A DNA stretch of 64,000 nucleotides from Nitrospinaceae bacterium (GTDB lineage: Bacteria; Nitrospinota; Nitrospinia; Nitrospinales; VA-1): NCBI GenBank assembly GCA_029261475.1, contig JAJDBG010000039.1, positions 20,271 through 84,270 on the forward strand, in the 5' to 3' direction. Position numbers and translations under genes: made by a program. Shown here in pieces: positions 25,982-36,309 of this stretch. How positions within the stretch are numbered: the stretch's first letter is position 1; every line of letters starts with the position of its first letter. The notes under the pieces are model-generated. The model did not search any database and was not told the DNA's origin. It saw only the letters and a program-made list of their open reading frames with translations.

Positions 25982-26752
25982 CTAGGGGGTTTTGTTTTTT
26001 TCATAGATCAATCGCAAGCCTTCTAAGGTAAGAAAAGGATCTGTCACGTCGATTGATTCGCTCTGGTCTGCCATCCACTCAGAAATACCACCTGTCGCCA
26101 CTACTTTAACGGGAACCCCCATCTCTTCCTTCATTTTAGCGACCATAACATCGACCATTCCTGAATATCCGAAGATTGCACCGGATTGAATACTTTCCAC
26201 GGTCGATTTTCCGATCACATTTTTGGGCCGGGAGAGATCAACACGTGGTAGTTTTGCCGTCTTTTCAAACAAGGCATCAAGGGAAACTTGCACACCTGGA
26301 CAAATGGCTCCACCCAAATATTCCCCTTTGGCGGAAACAGCATCAAAGGTTGTAGCGGTTCCAAAATCGACAATGATCAGTGGTCCGCCATATTTTTCAT
26401 AGGCGGCAACGGAATTGACGATGCGATCAGCACCTACTTCCTTGGGATTTTTATATAGAATGGATATTCCTGTTTTTGTTCCCGGCCCTACAATCAAAGG
26501 CTTGCATGAAAAATACTTTTCCCCCATCTCTTCAATAATAGGAACCAATTGAGGAGACACGCATGCAACGACAATATTATCAATCGTTTCTGTTTCCACA
26601 CCATTCAATAAAATAAATTCCTTGATCAATACCCAGTATTCGTCTGCTGTCCGATTTTTTTCGGTGCGGATTCGCCAATGAGTGGTTAATTTTTCGCCCG
26701 AAAACAAACCTATAACATTGTGCGTGTTGCCTACATCAATGGCCAGTAACAT
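25982..26752 (-). CDS. coaX: Type III pantothenate kinase
   Basis: 256 aa. LLAIDVGNTH start, DFGTATTFD and GGAICPG motifs. Confidence 0.9.
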   Translation of the reverse strand: MLLAIDVGNTHNVIGLFSGEKLTTHWRIRTEKNRTADEYWVLIKEFILLNGVETETIDNIVVACVSPQLVPIIEEMGEKYFSCKPLIVGPGTKTGISILYKNPKEVGADRIVNSVAAYEKYGGPLIIVDFGTATTFDAVSAKGEYLGGAICPGVQVSLDALFEKTAKLPRVDLSRPKNVIGKSTVESIQSGAIFGYSGMVDVMVAKMKEEMGVPVKVVATGGISEWMADQSESIDVTDPFLTLEGLRLIYEKNKTP

Positions 26753-26783
26753 AAATTTTTAAAACCTCTGTATTTTTAAAGGC

Positions 26784-26815
26784 AAAAAAAAACCGGCAGG
26801 GCAAAATCCCGCCGG
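26784..26815 (-). terminator. Rho-independent terminator downstream of recJ
   Basis: The minus strand reads CCGGCGGGATTTTGCCCTGCCGG followed by T9 (A-run 26784-26792 on the plus strand). Confidence 0.65.
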
Positions 26816-26985
26816 AGTGCTGAAATCATTTCATCAGGAGCTTGCCTTTACTTAAAATTTTCCTGACTTCACGTTAGCACCAACGACATCAAAACGCTAC
26901 CCATCGGCCTCAATCCAAGCCTTCTTCAGTTTCAGTATGATGATCCCTTATATCCCACACATATATTTCTGTCAATGCGGTACCA

Positions 26986-28812
26986 CTATTTTTTTTGGAG
27001 TCTACTGGGGCGAATATCTTCTAATTTTAATTCGGCTTTACGGGTCCCTCCCCAATCATTCACCTTAATTTGACAGGCTATATCTACAGGCTGGTTCACA
27101 GTCAAACGATCGACTTCATCCGACAGGTTGAAACCAATCGCTGAGATTCCTTTGCCATTCTGGACAGCACGAAATCTCACATGCTGTCCCTCCTCACCCA
27201 TTTTACGCAGTCCTTGAATCTGAACTCCTTCAATGAGAAATATGGGAACCGGATTGCTTGCACCGCAAGGTTCCAAGAGTTCCAATGCTTTGCAAGTATT
27301 CATATGCACGTCTTCCACATGCAAAACCGCATCAATTCGTAGCTCTGGAATCAAGTCCTCTGGACTCAATATACGCTGACCTACTGCATTGATAGCATCC
27401 CTGAATGCATCAACTTTTTCTCGTTCGATGCTCATTCCTGCGGCGTAAGCATGGCCACCGAATTGAACCATCCACTCGGAGCACTCACTAAAAGCTTTGT
27501 GCAGGTTGAAGGCTGGAATGCTTCGGGCAGAGGCTTTTCCAATTTCGCCATCCAAAGCTATCAAAACGGTGGGACGAAAATATTTTTCAGCAATTCGCCC
27601 GGCAACAATACCTATGACTCCGCTATGAAAATTTTCAGAAGCCAGCACAATGACAGAATCCTTTTGCGCATCTTTACGCCGACTCAGTAGATATTCAGCC
27701 TCTTCTATGTCGAGTTTCTGCAATTCCCGACGCTCATCATTCGCAATGTCTAATTCTCGAGCCAAGCCGAGAGCTTCAGCGGTTTTTTTTGTCGTGAGAA
27801 GGTGGAACCCTATGTCTGCCTTGCCCAGTCTTCCAGCGGCGTTCAAGCGTGGCCCCAGGCCAAAACCCACTGCCACGGGGTCGATTTTTCCTGTGACCCC
27901 GCTCACTTCTTTCAGGGCCGCAAGTCCCGGCTTATCTGTCGTATGCGCCACTTCCAGGCCACACCGAACCAGGATATGATTTTCTCCTGTCAATGGAGCC
28001 ACATCTGCTATCGTGCCTAAAGCGATCAAATCCAAATGCTGTTTTAAATTGGGAAGACTTTCTTTTGGACGTCCCCCTTTATATAAAAGAGAACGCACTG
28101 CTGTCGCCAGTTTGAAAGCCAAACCAACTCCTGCAAGAAATGCATAGGGGTAGTTGCAATCTTCGCGATGCGGGTTCAGTACTGCAATGGCTTCGGGAAG
28201 CCCTTCACTGGAAACCTGATGATGATCGGTGATGATCAAATCCATGCCCAGTTCCTTAGCCAATCGCGCTTCTGCAACAGCGGTGATGCCACAGTCGGCT
28301 GTTATCATTAAAGAGCAACCCTCGGCCTTTATTTTTTCAACGGCCTTGGCATTGAGTCCATAGCCTTCTGTTTTTCTTTCAGGAAGGTAGTAATTAACCG
28401 CTACGCCCAAATCACGAAAAAAATGGACTAGAAACGCGGCGGATGTCACGCCATCCACATCGTAATCGCAAAAAACGGTGATCGATTCTCCAGCTTCAAT
28501 GGCTTGAACAACTCGTTCAGCGGCTTCCGCCATTCCTTTCATCAGAAAGGGATCGTGCAAGTCCTGCAGTTGAGCCTGCAAGAAATAGCTAGCCTCTTGC
28601 TTGGAAACAATGCCGCGATTGACCAACAACAAACCCATCAATTCGCTAAGCTTTTGGGTTTCGCCTTCCTTTTCCCCACTGCCCAGAGCGACACCTTTGG
28701 TTTTGAGTGACAATCTAACCTGATTAAAAATCTCGGGAGCCGCTATCATACTTTTTAAGACCGATGGGTCGGGTTTCTCCAATCGCCATTTCTTGCCCTT
28801 GAGAGAAATCAC
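26986..28812 (-). CDS. recJ: Single-stranded-DNA-specific exonuclease RecJ
   Basis: 608 aa. DHH motifs (CDYDVDGVTS, ITDHH) and DHHA1 GGHAYAAG. The GTG start overlaps the rnhB stop (GTGA). Confidence 0.9.
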   Translation of the reverse strand: MISLKGKKWRLEKPDPSVLKSMIAAPEIFNQVRLSLKTKGVALGSGEKEGETQKLSELMGLLLVNRGIVSKQEASYFLQAQLQDLHDPFLMKGMAEAAERVVQAIEAGESITVFCDYDVDGVTSAAFLVHFFRDLGVAVNYYLPERKTEGYGLNAKAVEKIKAEGCSLMITADCGITAVAEARLAKELGMDLIITDHHQVSSEGLPEAIAVLNPHREDCNYPYAFLAGVGLAFKLATAVRSLLYKGGRPKESLPNLKQHLDLIALGTIADVAPLTGENHILVRCGLEVAHTTDKPGLAALKEVSGVTGKIDPVAVGFGLGPRLNAAGRLGKADIGFHLLTTKKTAEALGLARELDIANDERRELQKLDIEEAEYLLSRRKDAQKDSVIVLASENFHSGVIGIVAGRIAEKYFRPTVLIALDGEIGKASARSIPAFNLHKAFSECSEWMVQFGGHAYAAGMSIEREKVDAFRDAINAVGQRILSPEDLIPELRIDAVLHVEDVHMNTCKALELLEPCGASNPVPIFLIEGVQIQGLRKMGEEGQHVRFRAVQNGKGISAIGFNLSDEVDRLTVNQPVDIACQIKVNDWGGTRKAELKLEDIRPSRLQKK

Positions 28813-29423
28813 AAATATTCCTTAACGCCTTTAAATGTTTTTCTATGAATCGCACAAGGTCCCAACCGTTCGATTTGCTCTCGATGCAACTTAGTGCCAT
28901 ACCCTTTATGCTTATCAAATCTGTATTGCGGGAATTGATGGTGGTAATCTTCCATGATCCTGTCACGAACAACTTTAGCCAAAACAGACGCCGATGCAAT
29001 GGACAAACTGCGACTATCGCCCTTCACCAACGTCCATTGTTCGGATGGAAATTCAATGCTTTGGTTCCCGTCGATCAAAAGGAGATCTGGGGATTTCGGA
29101 AGTTTCTCAACAGCAAGTCTCATAGCAAGCCGAGTCGCTTGCAAAATATTGATGGAATCGATTGCCTCGACATCCACCGTCCCAATTCCATAGGCGACTG
29201 CTCGCTCCTGGATCAATGTGAAATATTTTTCCCTCTGCGCTACGGATAATTTTTTTGAATCTGTCACGCCCTCCAAATCGACATGATTGGGAAGAATAAC
29301 CGCCGCCGCTGTTACCGGGCCTGCCAAGGGTCCTCGACCTGCTTCGTCCACGCCTGCCACCCATTGATAACCTGCTTCCCCAGCCTGTACTTCAAATTCC
29401 AACATAGATTTTATTATTGTCAT
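28809..29423 (-). CDS. rnhB: Ribonuclease HII
   Basis: 204 aa. VAGVDEAGRGPLAGPV and GDSRSLSIASASVLAKV motifs. Confidence 0.9.
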   Translation of the reverse strand: MTIIKSMLEFEVQAGEAGYQWVAGVDEAGRGPLAGPVTAAAVILPNHVDLEGVTDSKKLSVAQREKYFTLIQERAVAYGIGTVDVEAIDSINILQATRLAMRLAVEKLPKSPDLLLIDGNQSIEFPSEQWTLVKGDSRSLSIASASVLAKVVRDRIMEDYHHQFPQYRFDKHKGYGTKLHREQIERLGPCAIHRKTFKGVKEYL

Positions 29424-29724
29424 TTCTTCATTCTGGAAAACACATAAAAAAGAAGGTTGTTATTAATCTATTCAAAAACCTTCCATTCAAATCGAAATAC
29501 TACCTAAAAATTGCAGAGACCAGTATAGCGCTTCCCCCTCAATCAAATCTAAAATGCCCTTGTCTCAATAAGAAAAAATTAACAACCTATGTGCACAAAA
29601 ATATTATTTTCTACTCAAGCAAAGCAGATCTTTAAATTTTTTAAAAAAATATTCAACTAATAACTATCGATAATTCAATATTTTTAAAACAAATCCTTTT
29701 TATATCCGTTATCAGAGGATGCGT

Positions 29725-29740
29725 TGGAATGCAAATTGCT
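29725..29740 (+). promoter_or_regulatory. Putative sigma54 (-24/-12) promoter
   Basis: TGGAATG-CAAA-TTGCT matches TGGCACG-N4-TTGCW, with GG at 29726-27 and GC at 29738-39. It lies ~47 nt upstream of the ATG at 29787. Confidence 0.55.
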
Positions 29741-29786
29741 GTTTAACTAGCAAGAAAGAATTTTCATTCTATTCCAGGAGGCTTCT

Positions 29787-30017
29787 ATGGATAAAAAAAG
29801 AATTTTTATGCCCTTATTTTTGTTTGTCGCAATGGCAGTGTTATTAACTTGCACGGAATCTGTATTTGCCGATAACGAAGAAGCAACTGAAGAGGCGCAG
29901 GAAAAAGCCATTCAACAAGTTTACCAAGATCAAAAAGAACAATTTGTTGAAGATCAAAGGCAGGATGCTCAAGATCAAGTTCGAGAGGATATCGTAGCAC
30001 CTCCTTCAGAAAATTGA
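29787..30017 (+). CDS. Small secreted acidic protein (76 aa precursor)
   Basis: AGGAGG SD 6 nt upstream. Signal peptide ending SVFA/DN. The mature ~48 aa is D/E/Q-rich. No family recognised. Confidence 0.6.
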   Translation: MDKKRIFMPLFLFVAMAVLLTCTESVFADNEEATEEAQEKAIQQVYQDQKEQFVEDQRQDAQDQVREDIVAPPSEN

Positions 30018-30365
30018 AAATCTGAAGAACTCTATTCTCATGATTATTAGAAGCAGGGATTCTTGGCTCTTCGGCGAAGATAACCGGCAAATCGCCCGGA
30101 GCTAAGCAATCCCCTATAGGTTGAGAGCTGTAGCGAACAACACGGTTCACCATGATTAGTCGCCCTTATTTCTACAGGCTATGTCTGTCCCCCCTAATTT
30201 TGGTTTCGAATCATCGTGGACTATAATCCGCAACAGCTCTCGACTTATCAGGGGATTTTGAAAATATCGAATAAAACCCGCCCGTAAAATTCTTCCAAAA
30301 AAATTATCACTTTTTTTATAAACAACGGTAGGGTTCCATATCAAACCGGTCTGAAAAATAAAAAA

Positions 30366-30400
30366 CCCCCGTTGCCTTGAAGGCACCGGGGGTTTTGTTT
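30366..30400. terminator. Bidirectional Rho-independent terminator (rplS side and + strand side)
   Basis: CCCCCGTTGCC-TTGAA-GGCACCGGGGG hairpin, flanked by an A-run upstream and TTTTGTTTT downstream. Lies 24 nt beyond the rplS stop. Confidence 0.7.
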
Positions 30401-30423
30401 TGACCGAAGACTCAAGCGTCTAC

Positions 30424-30825
30424 TTATACTTCCTTTTTCTTGCGTCCGCGCGTTCTCTTTCTCTTCGCCGCAGCCGTTTTCGGTGGCTTCAATTCTTTCA
30501 ACCGAGCCGCCTTGCCACGAAGTTCCCGTAGAAAATACAGACGTCCTTGACGCACTTTCGCACGTTTAACAACATCTATTTGCTCTACACGGGGTGAGTG
30601 CAGAGGAAAGATCCGCTCAACACCAATTCCAAATGAAATTTTTCGAACAGTGATGGTTCTACGAATGCCACCGCCGCTGAACCGTATAATAACACCTTCT
30701 ATTATTTGGATTCGCTCTTTTTCACCTTCAACAATACGCATATGCACTTTGACGGTATCCCCAACATGTAACTCGGGAATCTCTTTCGTCATTTCTTCTG
30801 ATTCTATCTGGTCAATCAAATTCAT
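30424..30825 (-). CDS. rplS: 50S ribosomal protein L19 (with Lys/Arg-rich C-terminal tail)
   Basis: 133 aa. Conserved L19 core ([31 protein letters not shown]...). Confidence 0.95.
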   Translation of the reverse strand: MNLIDQIESEEMTKEIPELHVGDTVKVHMRIVEGEKERIQIIEGVIIRFSGGGIRRTITVRKISFGIGVERIFPLHSPRVEQIDVVKRAKVRQGRLYFLRELRGKAARLKELKPPKTAAAKRKRTRGRKKKEV

Positions 30826-30866
30826 TCGTTTTTCTCCTTCACCTTTAAGCTATATTTACTTTATTG

Positions 30867-31442
30867 TCATTCCGTTTTCGATAATAGTCGGTCGAGAATA
30901 ATGGCGATAGCCGCCCGAACCGGTAAGTGATTGAACCCATCCAACCCATCTATTGGGTTCAAAATATAATCGGCACTATTCGCCAAGTTTTTTTCCAAAC
31001 CCCACCCAGTTCCAAAGAGCAGGAGGAAATGCCCCCCTTTTTGGAACTCACTTCTCATCTCTTTATACCCCACACTTTGGGGGAAATTTTTAGCATCGGT
31101 CACAACTATCTGAGGTGCGATGCCGTAACGTTTTTCAATGTCTTTTGCCGCCTCGTCAACCGTGTCGATGACCTTGCAAGACAACAATGCTTCTTTACGA
31201 GTCGGGTTATACTCGGCTCCATAACCATCCACCCAATGACCGATAATCCTGGCTACCAATTCTTTCTGCGTTTGCAGGGGGGTAGAAACATAAAAATTTT
31301 CTACAGCAAAAGTCCTGCAAATTCTGGATATATCGTGGACATCCAGTGTGGTAACAGACGAGGCAACAACTTCTCCAGTCTTGTTGTAAACTGGGAAGTG
31401 AACCAGTGCTAAATGAATTTTTGCACTTCCCTCTTCAGACAA
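30867..31442 (-). CDS. SAM-dependent RNA methyltransferase-like protein (Methyltrn_RNA_4 / SPOUT-like family, from memory)
   Basis: 191 aa. [11 protein letters not shown]...[10 protein letters not shown]...[10 protein letters not shown]...[17 protein letters not shown] matches my recollection of this family. 8-nt overlap with trmD. Confidence 0.65.
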   Translation of the reverse strand: MSEEGSAKIHLALVHFPVYNKTGEVVASSVTTLDVHDISRICRTFAVENFYVSTPLQTQKELVARIIGHWVDGYGAEYNPTRKEALLSCKVIDTVDEAAKDIEKRYGIAPQIVVTDAKNFPQSVGYKEMRSEFQKGGHFLLLFGTGWGLEKNLANSADYILNPIDGLDGFNHLPVRAAIAIILDRLLSKTE

Positions 31443-32169
31443 TATCTGCTTGCTCCAACAACTGCCGCTCGCTTTCGCTCAAATCAGTTTCTTTCAATAA
31501 GTCTGGCCTCAGTTTAGCAGTCCTCAATAAAGCCTGCTCTCTTTGCCAGCGTTGTATTTTCTTAGGATCGCCTGAAAGTAGAACTTCAGGTGCAAGCTTT
31601 CCTCTAAAATCTTGAGGGCGAGTGTATTGCGGGTACTCCAACAATCCAGCTGAAAAAGATTCTTCCACAATGGAATTTTCGTCGCCTAAAACCCCTGGTC
31701 TCAAACGGGTCACCGCATCTACAACAACCATCGCCGCCAGTTCACCACCGGAGAGGATGTAGTCGCCTATAGAAATCTCTTCGTCTATATACTGCCGCAC
31801 TCTCTCATCGACACCTTCGTAGCGACCGCATATCAAAATGTAATCGTCCTCATTCGCCAATGCTTCGGCTTTCTCTTGGTCAAAAGGACGTGAGCCTGGC
31901 GTCATCAAAAGGGTCCTGGCATTTGGCCTTTGCTCTTTTATAGCCTCTATAGCTCGAACAATCGGCTCGGCATTCATTACCATCCCAACACCACCACCGA
32001 AGGGTGCATCGTCTACATTTCTATGTTTATCCAAAGTATAGTCTCGCAGATCGTGCAAAACCACCTTCAGCAAACCCTTTTCCTGTGCGCGCTTGAGAAT
32101 ACTTTCATTGAAAGGAGACTCAAACATTTCCGGGAAAATGCTGACAATGTCAAACTGCAGAATCTTCAA
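31435..32169 (-). CDS. trmD: tRNA (guanine37-N1)-methyltransferase
   Basis: 244 aa. [22 protein letters not shown] and [11 protein letters not shown] motifs. Confidence 0.95.
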   Translation of the reverse strand: MKILQFDIVSIFPEMFESPFNESILKRAQEKGLLKVVLHDLRDYTLDKHRNVDDAPFGGGVGMVMNAEPIVRAIEAIKEQRPNARTLLMTPGSRPFDQEKAEALANEDDYILICGRYEGVDERVRQYIDEEISIGDYILSGGELAAMVVVDAVTRLRPGVLGDENSIVEESFSAGLLEYPQYTRPQDFRGKLAPEVLLSGDPKKIQRWQREQALLRTAKLRPDLLKETDLSESERQLLEQADIV

Positions 32170-32689
32170 TCATTCCCTCGATCTGATGAAATACGAGTCT
32201 ACCTTGCGCGAGATCTACAGTTTTAACGACTTCCCCAACAGCAGGAAGCATGATCTCTCGATTGTTATCACGCACGACGTAAATATCAGAACTAGCCGTG
32301 TTCAGTATTTCTTCAACTTCCCCAAAACACTGGCCTTCTTCATTGAAAACTTTTAGCCCAATGATCTCAAACCAGTAATGCTCTCCCTTAGGCAATTCAG
32401 GGAAATCTTCTCTAGCACAAAAAACGGTCTGACCAGTCAGGGATTTCGCCATTTCGACAGAATCCACACCGGGCAATTTGAGGATCAGTTTGGAAAAGTG
32501 ACCACGAACACCAAACTTTTCATAGATCTTATCGCCAGGGCCTTTGCCTTCGGCTCCCAAACAAATTCGAGACAGACTTTGGACTATTTTCGGGTCGGGC
32601 ACCGTGGTGCGAAACTTCATCTCGCCTTTCAAACCATGCGATTTAGCTATTCTTCCGACAGCAATCCACTTGCCCACATCTTGTTGCAT
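32150..32689 (-). CDS. rimM: 16S rRNA processing protein RimM
   Basis: 179 aa. [16 protein letters not shown]-terminal motif and PRC-barrel C-terminus. Position between rpsP and trmD. Confidence 0.9.
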   Translation of the reverse strand: MQQDVGKWIAVGRIAKSHGLKGEMKFRTTVPDPKIVQSLSRICLGAEGKGPGDKIYEKFGVRGHFSKLILKLPGVDSVEMAKSLTGQTVFCAREDFPELPKGEHYWFEIIGLKVFNEEGQCFGEVEEILNTASSDIYVVRDNNREIMLPAVGEVVKTVDLAQGRLVFHQIEGMIEDSAV

Positions 32690-32727
32690 CCTTAAACCAG
32701 AATCTTTCGATTAAAGAGATACAAGGC

Positions 32728-32988
32728 TTAATTACTGGCTTCCGGTGTAGCCGCACTCGCTTTTTTAATCAAGCTTGCGACTGTATCGCTTGGTTGAGCT
32801 CCATTGTTGATCCACGCTTGAGCTTTTTCCAAATCGATCTTAATCAAACCATCTCCTCTCAAAGGATCATACGTGCCAAGCACTTCCAAAAACCGACCGT
32901 CACGAGGCATCCTTTGATCTGCCGCTACGATTCTATAAAAGGGTTTCTTCTTGGTTCCTCGACGGGTCAACCTGATCACGACTGCCAA
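32728..32988 (-). CDS. rpsP: 30S ribosomal protein S16
   Basis: 86 aa. [24 protein letters not shown]. Confidence 0.95.
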   Translation of the reverse strand: MAVVIRLTRRGTKKKPFYRIVAADQRMPRDGRFLEVLGTYDPLRGDGLIKIDLEKAQAWINNGAQPSDTVASLIKKASAATPEASN

Positions 32989-33207
32989 TGGCTTTCCTCC
33001 TTCATTAAAAGTAAAAAAATAAACATTTTTGGGGAATCACATATTCCCCTTTTTTTATAAATTAAGATATCTATATACTCGACCCGAGGGTCTATTGCTA
33101 TCTATTTTACTGAAATCTTTAAAAATAGCTCCGTCCAAACTTCGGTGCTTACGTTTACGAGCTACCTGAGTAAATTTTAAAACCTACTGGAGTGCCACCC
33201 CATTCGT

Positions 33208-34560
33208 TCATTTTTTGAACGGGGAAAAGCCTCCGCCACGACCACCCAACATCCCTAAATCAAGCCCTCGCGTTTTCCCTGAAGAAAATTTCTTCATCAT
33301 CTTTTGCATTTGTGCAAATTGTTTCAATAGCTTATTGACGTCGTTCACCCGAGTTCCACTTCCCTTGGCAATCCGCCGCTTTCTGCTGGAATTGATGATG
33401 TTCTGCTTGGCTCTTTCCGCTGGAGTCATGGAATTGATGATAGCTTCTATACGAGAAAATGCGCCTTCATCAAGATTAGCATTTTTCAATTTCCCTGCGC
33501 CCGGTATCATCGAAAGAATCTGCTGCATCGATCCCATTTTCTGAACCTGCTTCAGCTGATCTTTGAAATCATCCAGCGTGAAGGCATTCTTCTTGATTTT
33601 TTTCTCTAATTTTTCTCGCTCTTCTTCCTCATAGATGCCTTCGGCCTTTTCGACCAGCGACATCACATCGCCCATCCCCAATATCTTGGAGACAATACGA
33701 TCGGGATGGAAAGGCTCAAGCGCGTCTAACTTCTCTCCCAAACCAATAAAACGAATCGGCTTCCCGGTAACGGTCTTAACAGACAGGGCCGCACCACCGC
33801 GCGTGTCACCATCCAGTTTGGTCAGCACCACACCATCAATCCCTATGGCATCGTTGAATGTTTTCGCTACCTCAGCAGACTGTTGACCCATCATGGAATC
33901 GGCGACAAACAAAACCTCATGCGGCGAAACTTTGGTCTTGATCGCCTGCAACTCGGCCATCAACTCTTCATCGTTCTGACGACGGCCTGCAGTATCAAGA
34001 ATAACCACTTGTTTGAGCTTGCGCTTGGCTTCTTCTATTGCCGATCCACAAATTTTAACAGGATCGTTCTCGTCCCCAGCCTGATAAACCTCAACATCCA
34101 ACTCTTTACCAAGAATGTTCAATTGTTCGATAGCCGCAGGTCGATAAACGTCAGCAGGAACCAAGAGACAACTTTTTCCCTTTTTCTTTAAACGCAAAGC
34201 CAGCTTACCAACAGTCGTGGTTTTACCAGAACCCTGAAGCCCCGCCATTAAAATTACAGTCGGTCCTTCAGAGGCAAATCGAATGTCTTCAAAGACATCT
34301 CCCAGCAAGCCTGCCAAGTGGTCGGAAACCACTTTGACCATTTGATGCCCAGGAGTCAGACTTTTCAATACTTCGACGCCAATGGCTTTCTCGCGAACTT
34401 CAGCAAGAAAATCTTTGATAACGGAAAGGCTAACGTCTGCTTCTATCAGGGCTTTACGGATTTCTCGTAAAGCTTCCTCGACATCCGCTTCTTTCAGAAC
34501 GCCGCGACCGCGTAGTTTTTTATAGATACCGTCAAGACGGGAGGATAAACTTTCAAACAT
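33208..34560 (-). CDS. ffh: Signal recognition particle protein Ffh
   Basis: 450 aa. NG domain (GLQGSGKTTT, DTAGR, TKLDGD) and Met-rich M domain. Confidence 0.95.
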   Translation of the reverse strand: MFESLSSRLDGIYKKLRGRGVLKEADVEEALREIRKALIEADVSLSVIKDFLAEVREKAIGVEVLKSLTPGHQMVKVVSDHLAGLLGDVFEDIRFASEGPTVILMAGLQGSGKTTTVGKLALRLKKKGKSCLLVPADVYRPAAIEQLNILGKELDVEVYQAGDENDPVKICGSAIEEAKRKLKQVVILDTAGRRQNDEELMAELQAIKTKVSPHEVLFVADSMMGQQSAEVAKTFNDAIGIDGVVLTKLDGDTRGGAALSVKTVTGKPIRFIGLGEKLDALEPFHPDRIVSKILGMGDVMSLVEKAEGIYEEEEREKLEKKIKKNAFTLDDFKDQLKQVQKMGSMQQILSMIPGAGKLKNANLDEGAFSRIEAIINSMTPAERAKQNIINSSRKRRIAKGSGTRVNDVNKLLKQFAQMQKMMKKFSSGKTRGLDLGMLGGRGGGFSPFKK

Positions 34561-34869
34561 ATTTCTAAGAGTTCTCTATAATATCAATCGGTAATTTTAT
34601 TTACACATCAACTCGTTCCCCAATACATAAAGGAACTTTTCCATAATAAAGCTATACACACCTTATGAAACCAGGCCAAACAACAGCTCGGCAAAGCCTC
34701 TACAATAGGAGAAAATCCTTGCGTTTCGTGCCATTCAGCCCGAATCAGGATGTAGAGGATAGAAAGGGTCGCAATATCACAAAATTGCTAGTATATAATA
34801 AGCCTTTGTAATGTCAAGATTCATTCCTTTTATTTAGCATTTTACCTTAATTCAACTTAAAGCAACCTT

Positions 34870-35562
34870 ATGCCACCTAAAGCTGTTGTTCTATTTAGCG
34901 GAGGTCTTGACTCCTCCACCGTATTAGCCATTGCTCTCAGTGAAGGATTTGAAGTCTACGCTCTAAGCTTCGATTATGGACAGCGTCACAAGATCGAATT
35001 GGAACTGGCCCGTCAATCAGCCTCGGCTCTTGGTGCCAAACAACACAAGGTTGTTTGCGCCGATTTGAGACAATTTGGCGGTTCGGCATTGACCGATTCG
35101 ATTGACGTTCCAAAAGGAAGAGAGGAAAAGGAAATGTCCAGCAACATCCCTATCACCTATGTTCCCGCAAGAAACACCATTTTCCTCTCTTTTGCTCTCG
35201 CCTATGCGGAAGTTCTGTCGGCCAATGATATTTTTGTCGGGGTAAATGCTGTGGACTACAGTGGCTACCCAGATTGCAGACCTGAATTCATTTCGGCTTT
35301 CGAAAATCTGGCAAATCTGGCCACTAAGGCTGGAGTTTCTGGCAACGAACGCGTCCGCATCCATGCACCTTTGATCCATTGGAGCAAATCTCAGATCATC
35401 AAAAAAGGAATCGAATTGGGGGTGGATTACAAAATGACGCATAGTTGCTACGCGCCGACCAGCACAGGTCTGGCTTGCGGACTTTGTGACAGTTGCTCTC
35501 TGCGACTAAAAGGCTTCAAGGATGCGGGATTGGAAGACCCTGCGGACTACGTACACAAATGA
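34870..35562 (+). CDS. queC: 7-cyano-7-deazaguanine synthase
   Basis: 230 aa. [10 protein letters not shown]-loop and C-terminal CGxCDSC zinc motif. Confidence 0.9.
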   Translation: MPPKAVVLFSGGLDSSTVLAIALSEGFEVYALSFDYGQRHKIELELARQSASALGAKQHKVVCADLRQFGGSALTDSIDVPKGREEKEMSSNIPITYVPARNTIFLSFALAYAEVLSANDIFVGVNAVDYSGYPDCRPEFISAFENLANLATKAGVSGNERVRIHAPLIHWSKSQIIKKGIELGVDYKMTHSCYAPTSTGLACGLCDSCSLRLKGFKDAGLEDPADYVHK

Positions 35563-35576
35563 GAGAGAGGGAAGGA

Positions 35577-36263
35577 TCAACCCGCCTCGACTGTCAATTC
35601 GGAATGGACATTCTCGCGTAGGAAATTTTCAATGTACTGCAAAGTTCCAGATGTAGAGCTAGGACAACTGCCACACGCTCCCTGATAATGAATTTTCACA
35701 GTATTCCCCTCAATGCCAATGACCTGCAAGCCACCGCCATCGTTGGCCAAGGCAGGACGAATGGCCTTATCCAACACCGCCTCGACAATACGATTCTGTT
35801 CAGCCGTCTCGTAATTATGGAAATCTTCTTTTTTAAATTCCTCTAATAAAGGATCGGCTGTCTCCTCTTTATGCTCGTCGAATGTTTCCTGAAATGTCAA
35901 ATAACCTTCCAAAACGGCGTTTATTTTCTCCATGATCGCAGGCCAGCCAACCGTCGGAGATTTTGTGATCGTCACAAAATCACCTTTCAAAAAAAGGGTC
36001 TGGACACCAAAAATCTGGAACATTTTTTCAGCAAAAGGATTTCCCTCTGCATCGTCTGCCGAATCGAATGTCTTTGTTAGCCCTTCACCAATCACCGGAC
36101 GGGTAACCGTAAATTGAAAAGCCTCTGGATTCGGCGTAGGTTGCACACGAACTACCTGAAAACCATCTTTGCTTTTAGTTTCATCAGAAGGCCCAGCCGA
36201 CTCTTCCGCCTTAGGCTTGCCACCACCTGTCAATTTGCTAACCATATCGCCAAATACACCCAT
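35577..36263 (-). CDS. Nfu-type Fe-S cluster protein (Nfu_N + NifU C-terminal domain)
   Basis: Start moved to Met28 of the ORF (36263) to avoid overlap with dut. VRVQPTPNPEAFQF (Nfu_N) and GACGSCPSS CXXC motif. Confidence 0.8.
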   Translation of the reverse strand: MGVFGDMVSKLTGGGKPKAEESAGPSDETKSKDGFQVVRVQPTPNPEAFQFTVTRPVIGEGLTKTFDSADDAEGNPFAEKMFQIFGVQTLFLKGDFVTITKSPTVGWPAIMEKINAVLEGYLTFQETFDEHKEETADPLLEEFKKEDFHNYETAEQNRIVEAVLDKAIRPALANDGGGLQVIGIEGNTVKIHYQGACGSCPSSTSGTLQYIENFLRENVHSELTVEAG

Positions 36264-36309
36264 AATGATCTCCTGAATGGGAAAAGTTTCGCTTACATCC
36301 AACTTTGCC

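Noticed and set aside
30156-30386. 76-aa minus-strand ORF (and 29806-30153, 115 aa) in the rplS-rnhB gap
   Set aside because: The first runs through the strong terminator hairpin at 30366-30392, and the second is antisense to the SD-equipped small secreted protein gene. Neither has an SD or family features.
34561-34869. preQ1 riboswitch upstream of queC, or SRP (4.5S) RNA next to ffh
   Set aside because: Neither the preQ1 class I/II core nor the conserved SRP domain IV sequence (GGAA tetraloop followed by GGAAGCAGC) is present on either strand by eye. This needs Infernal for certainty.
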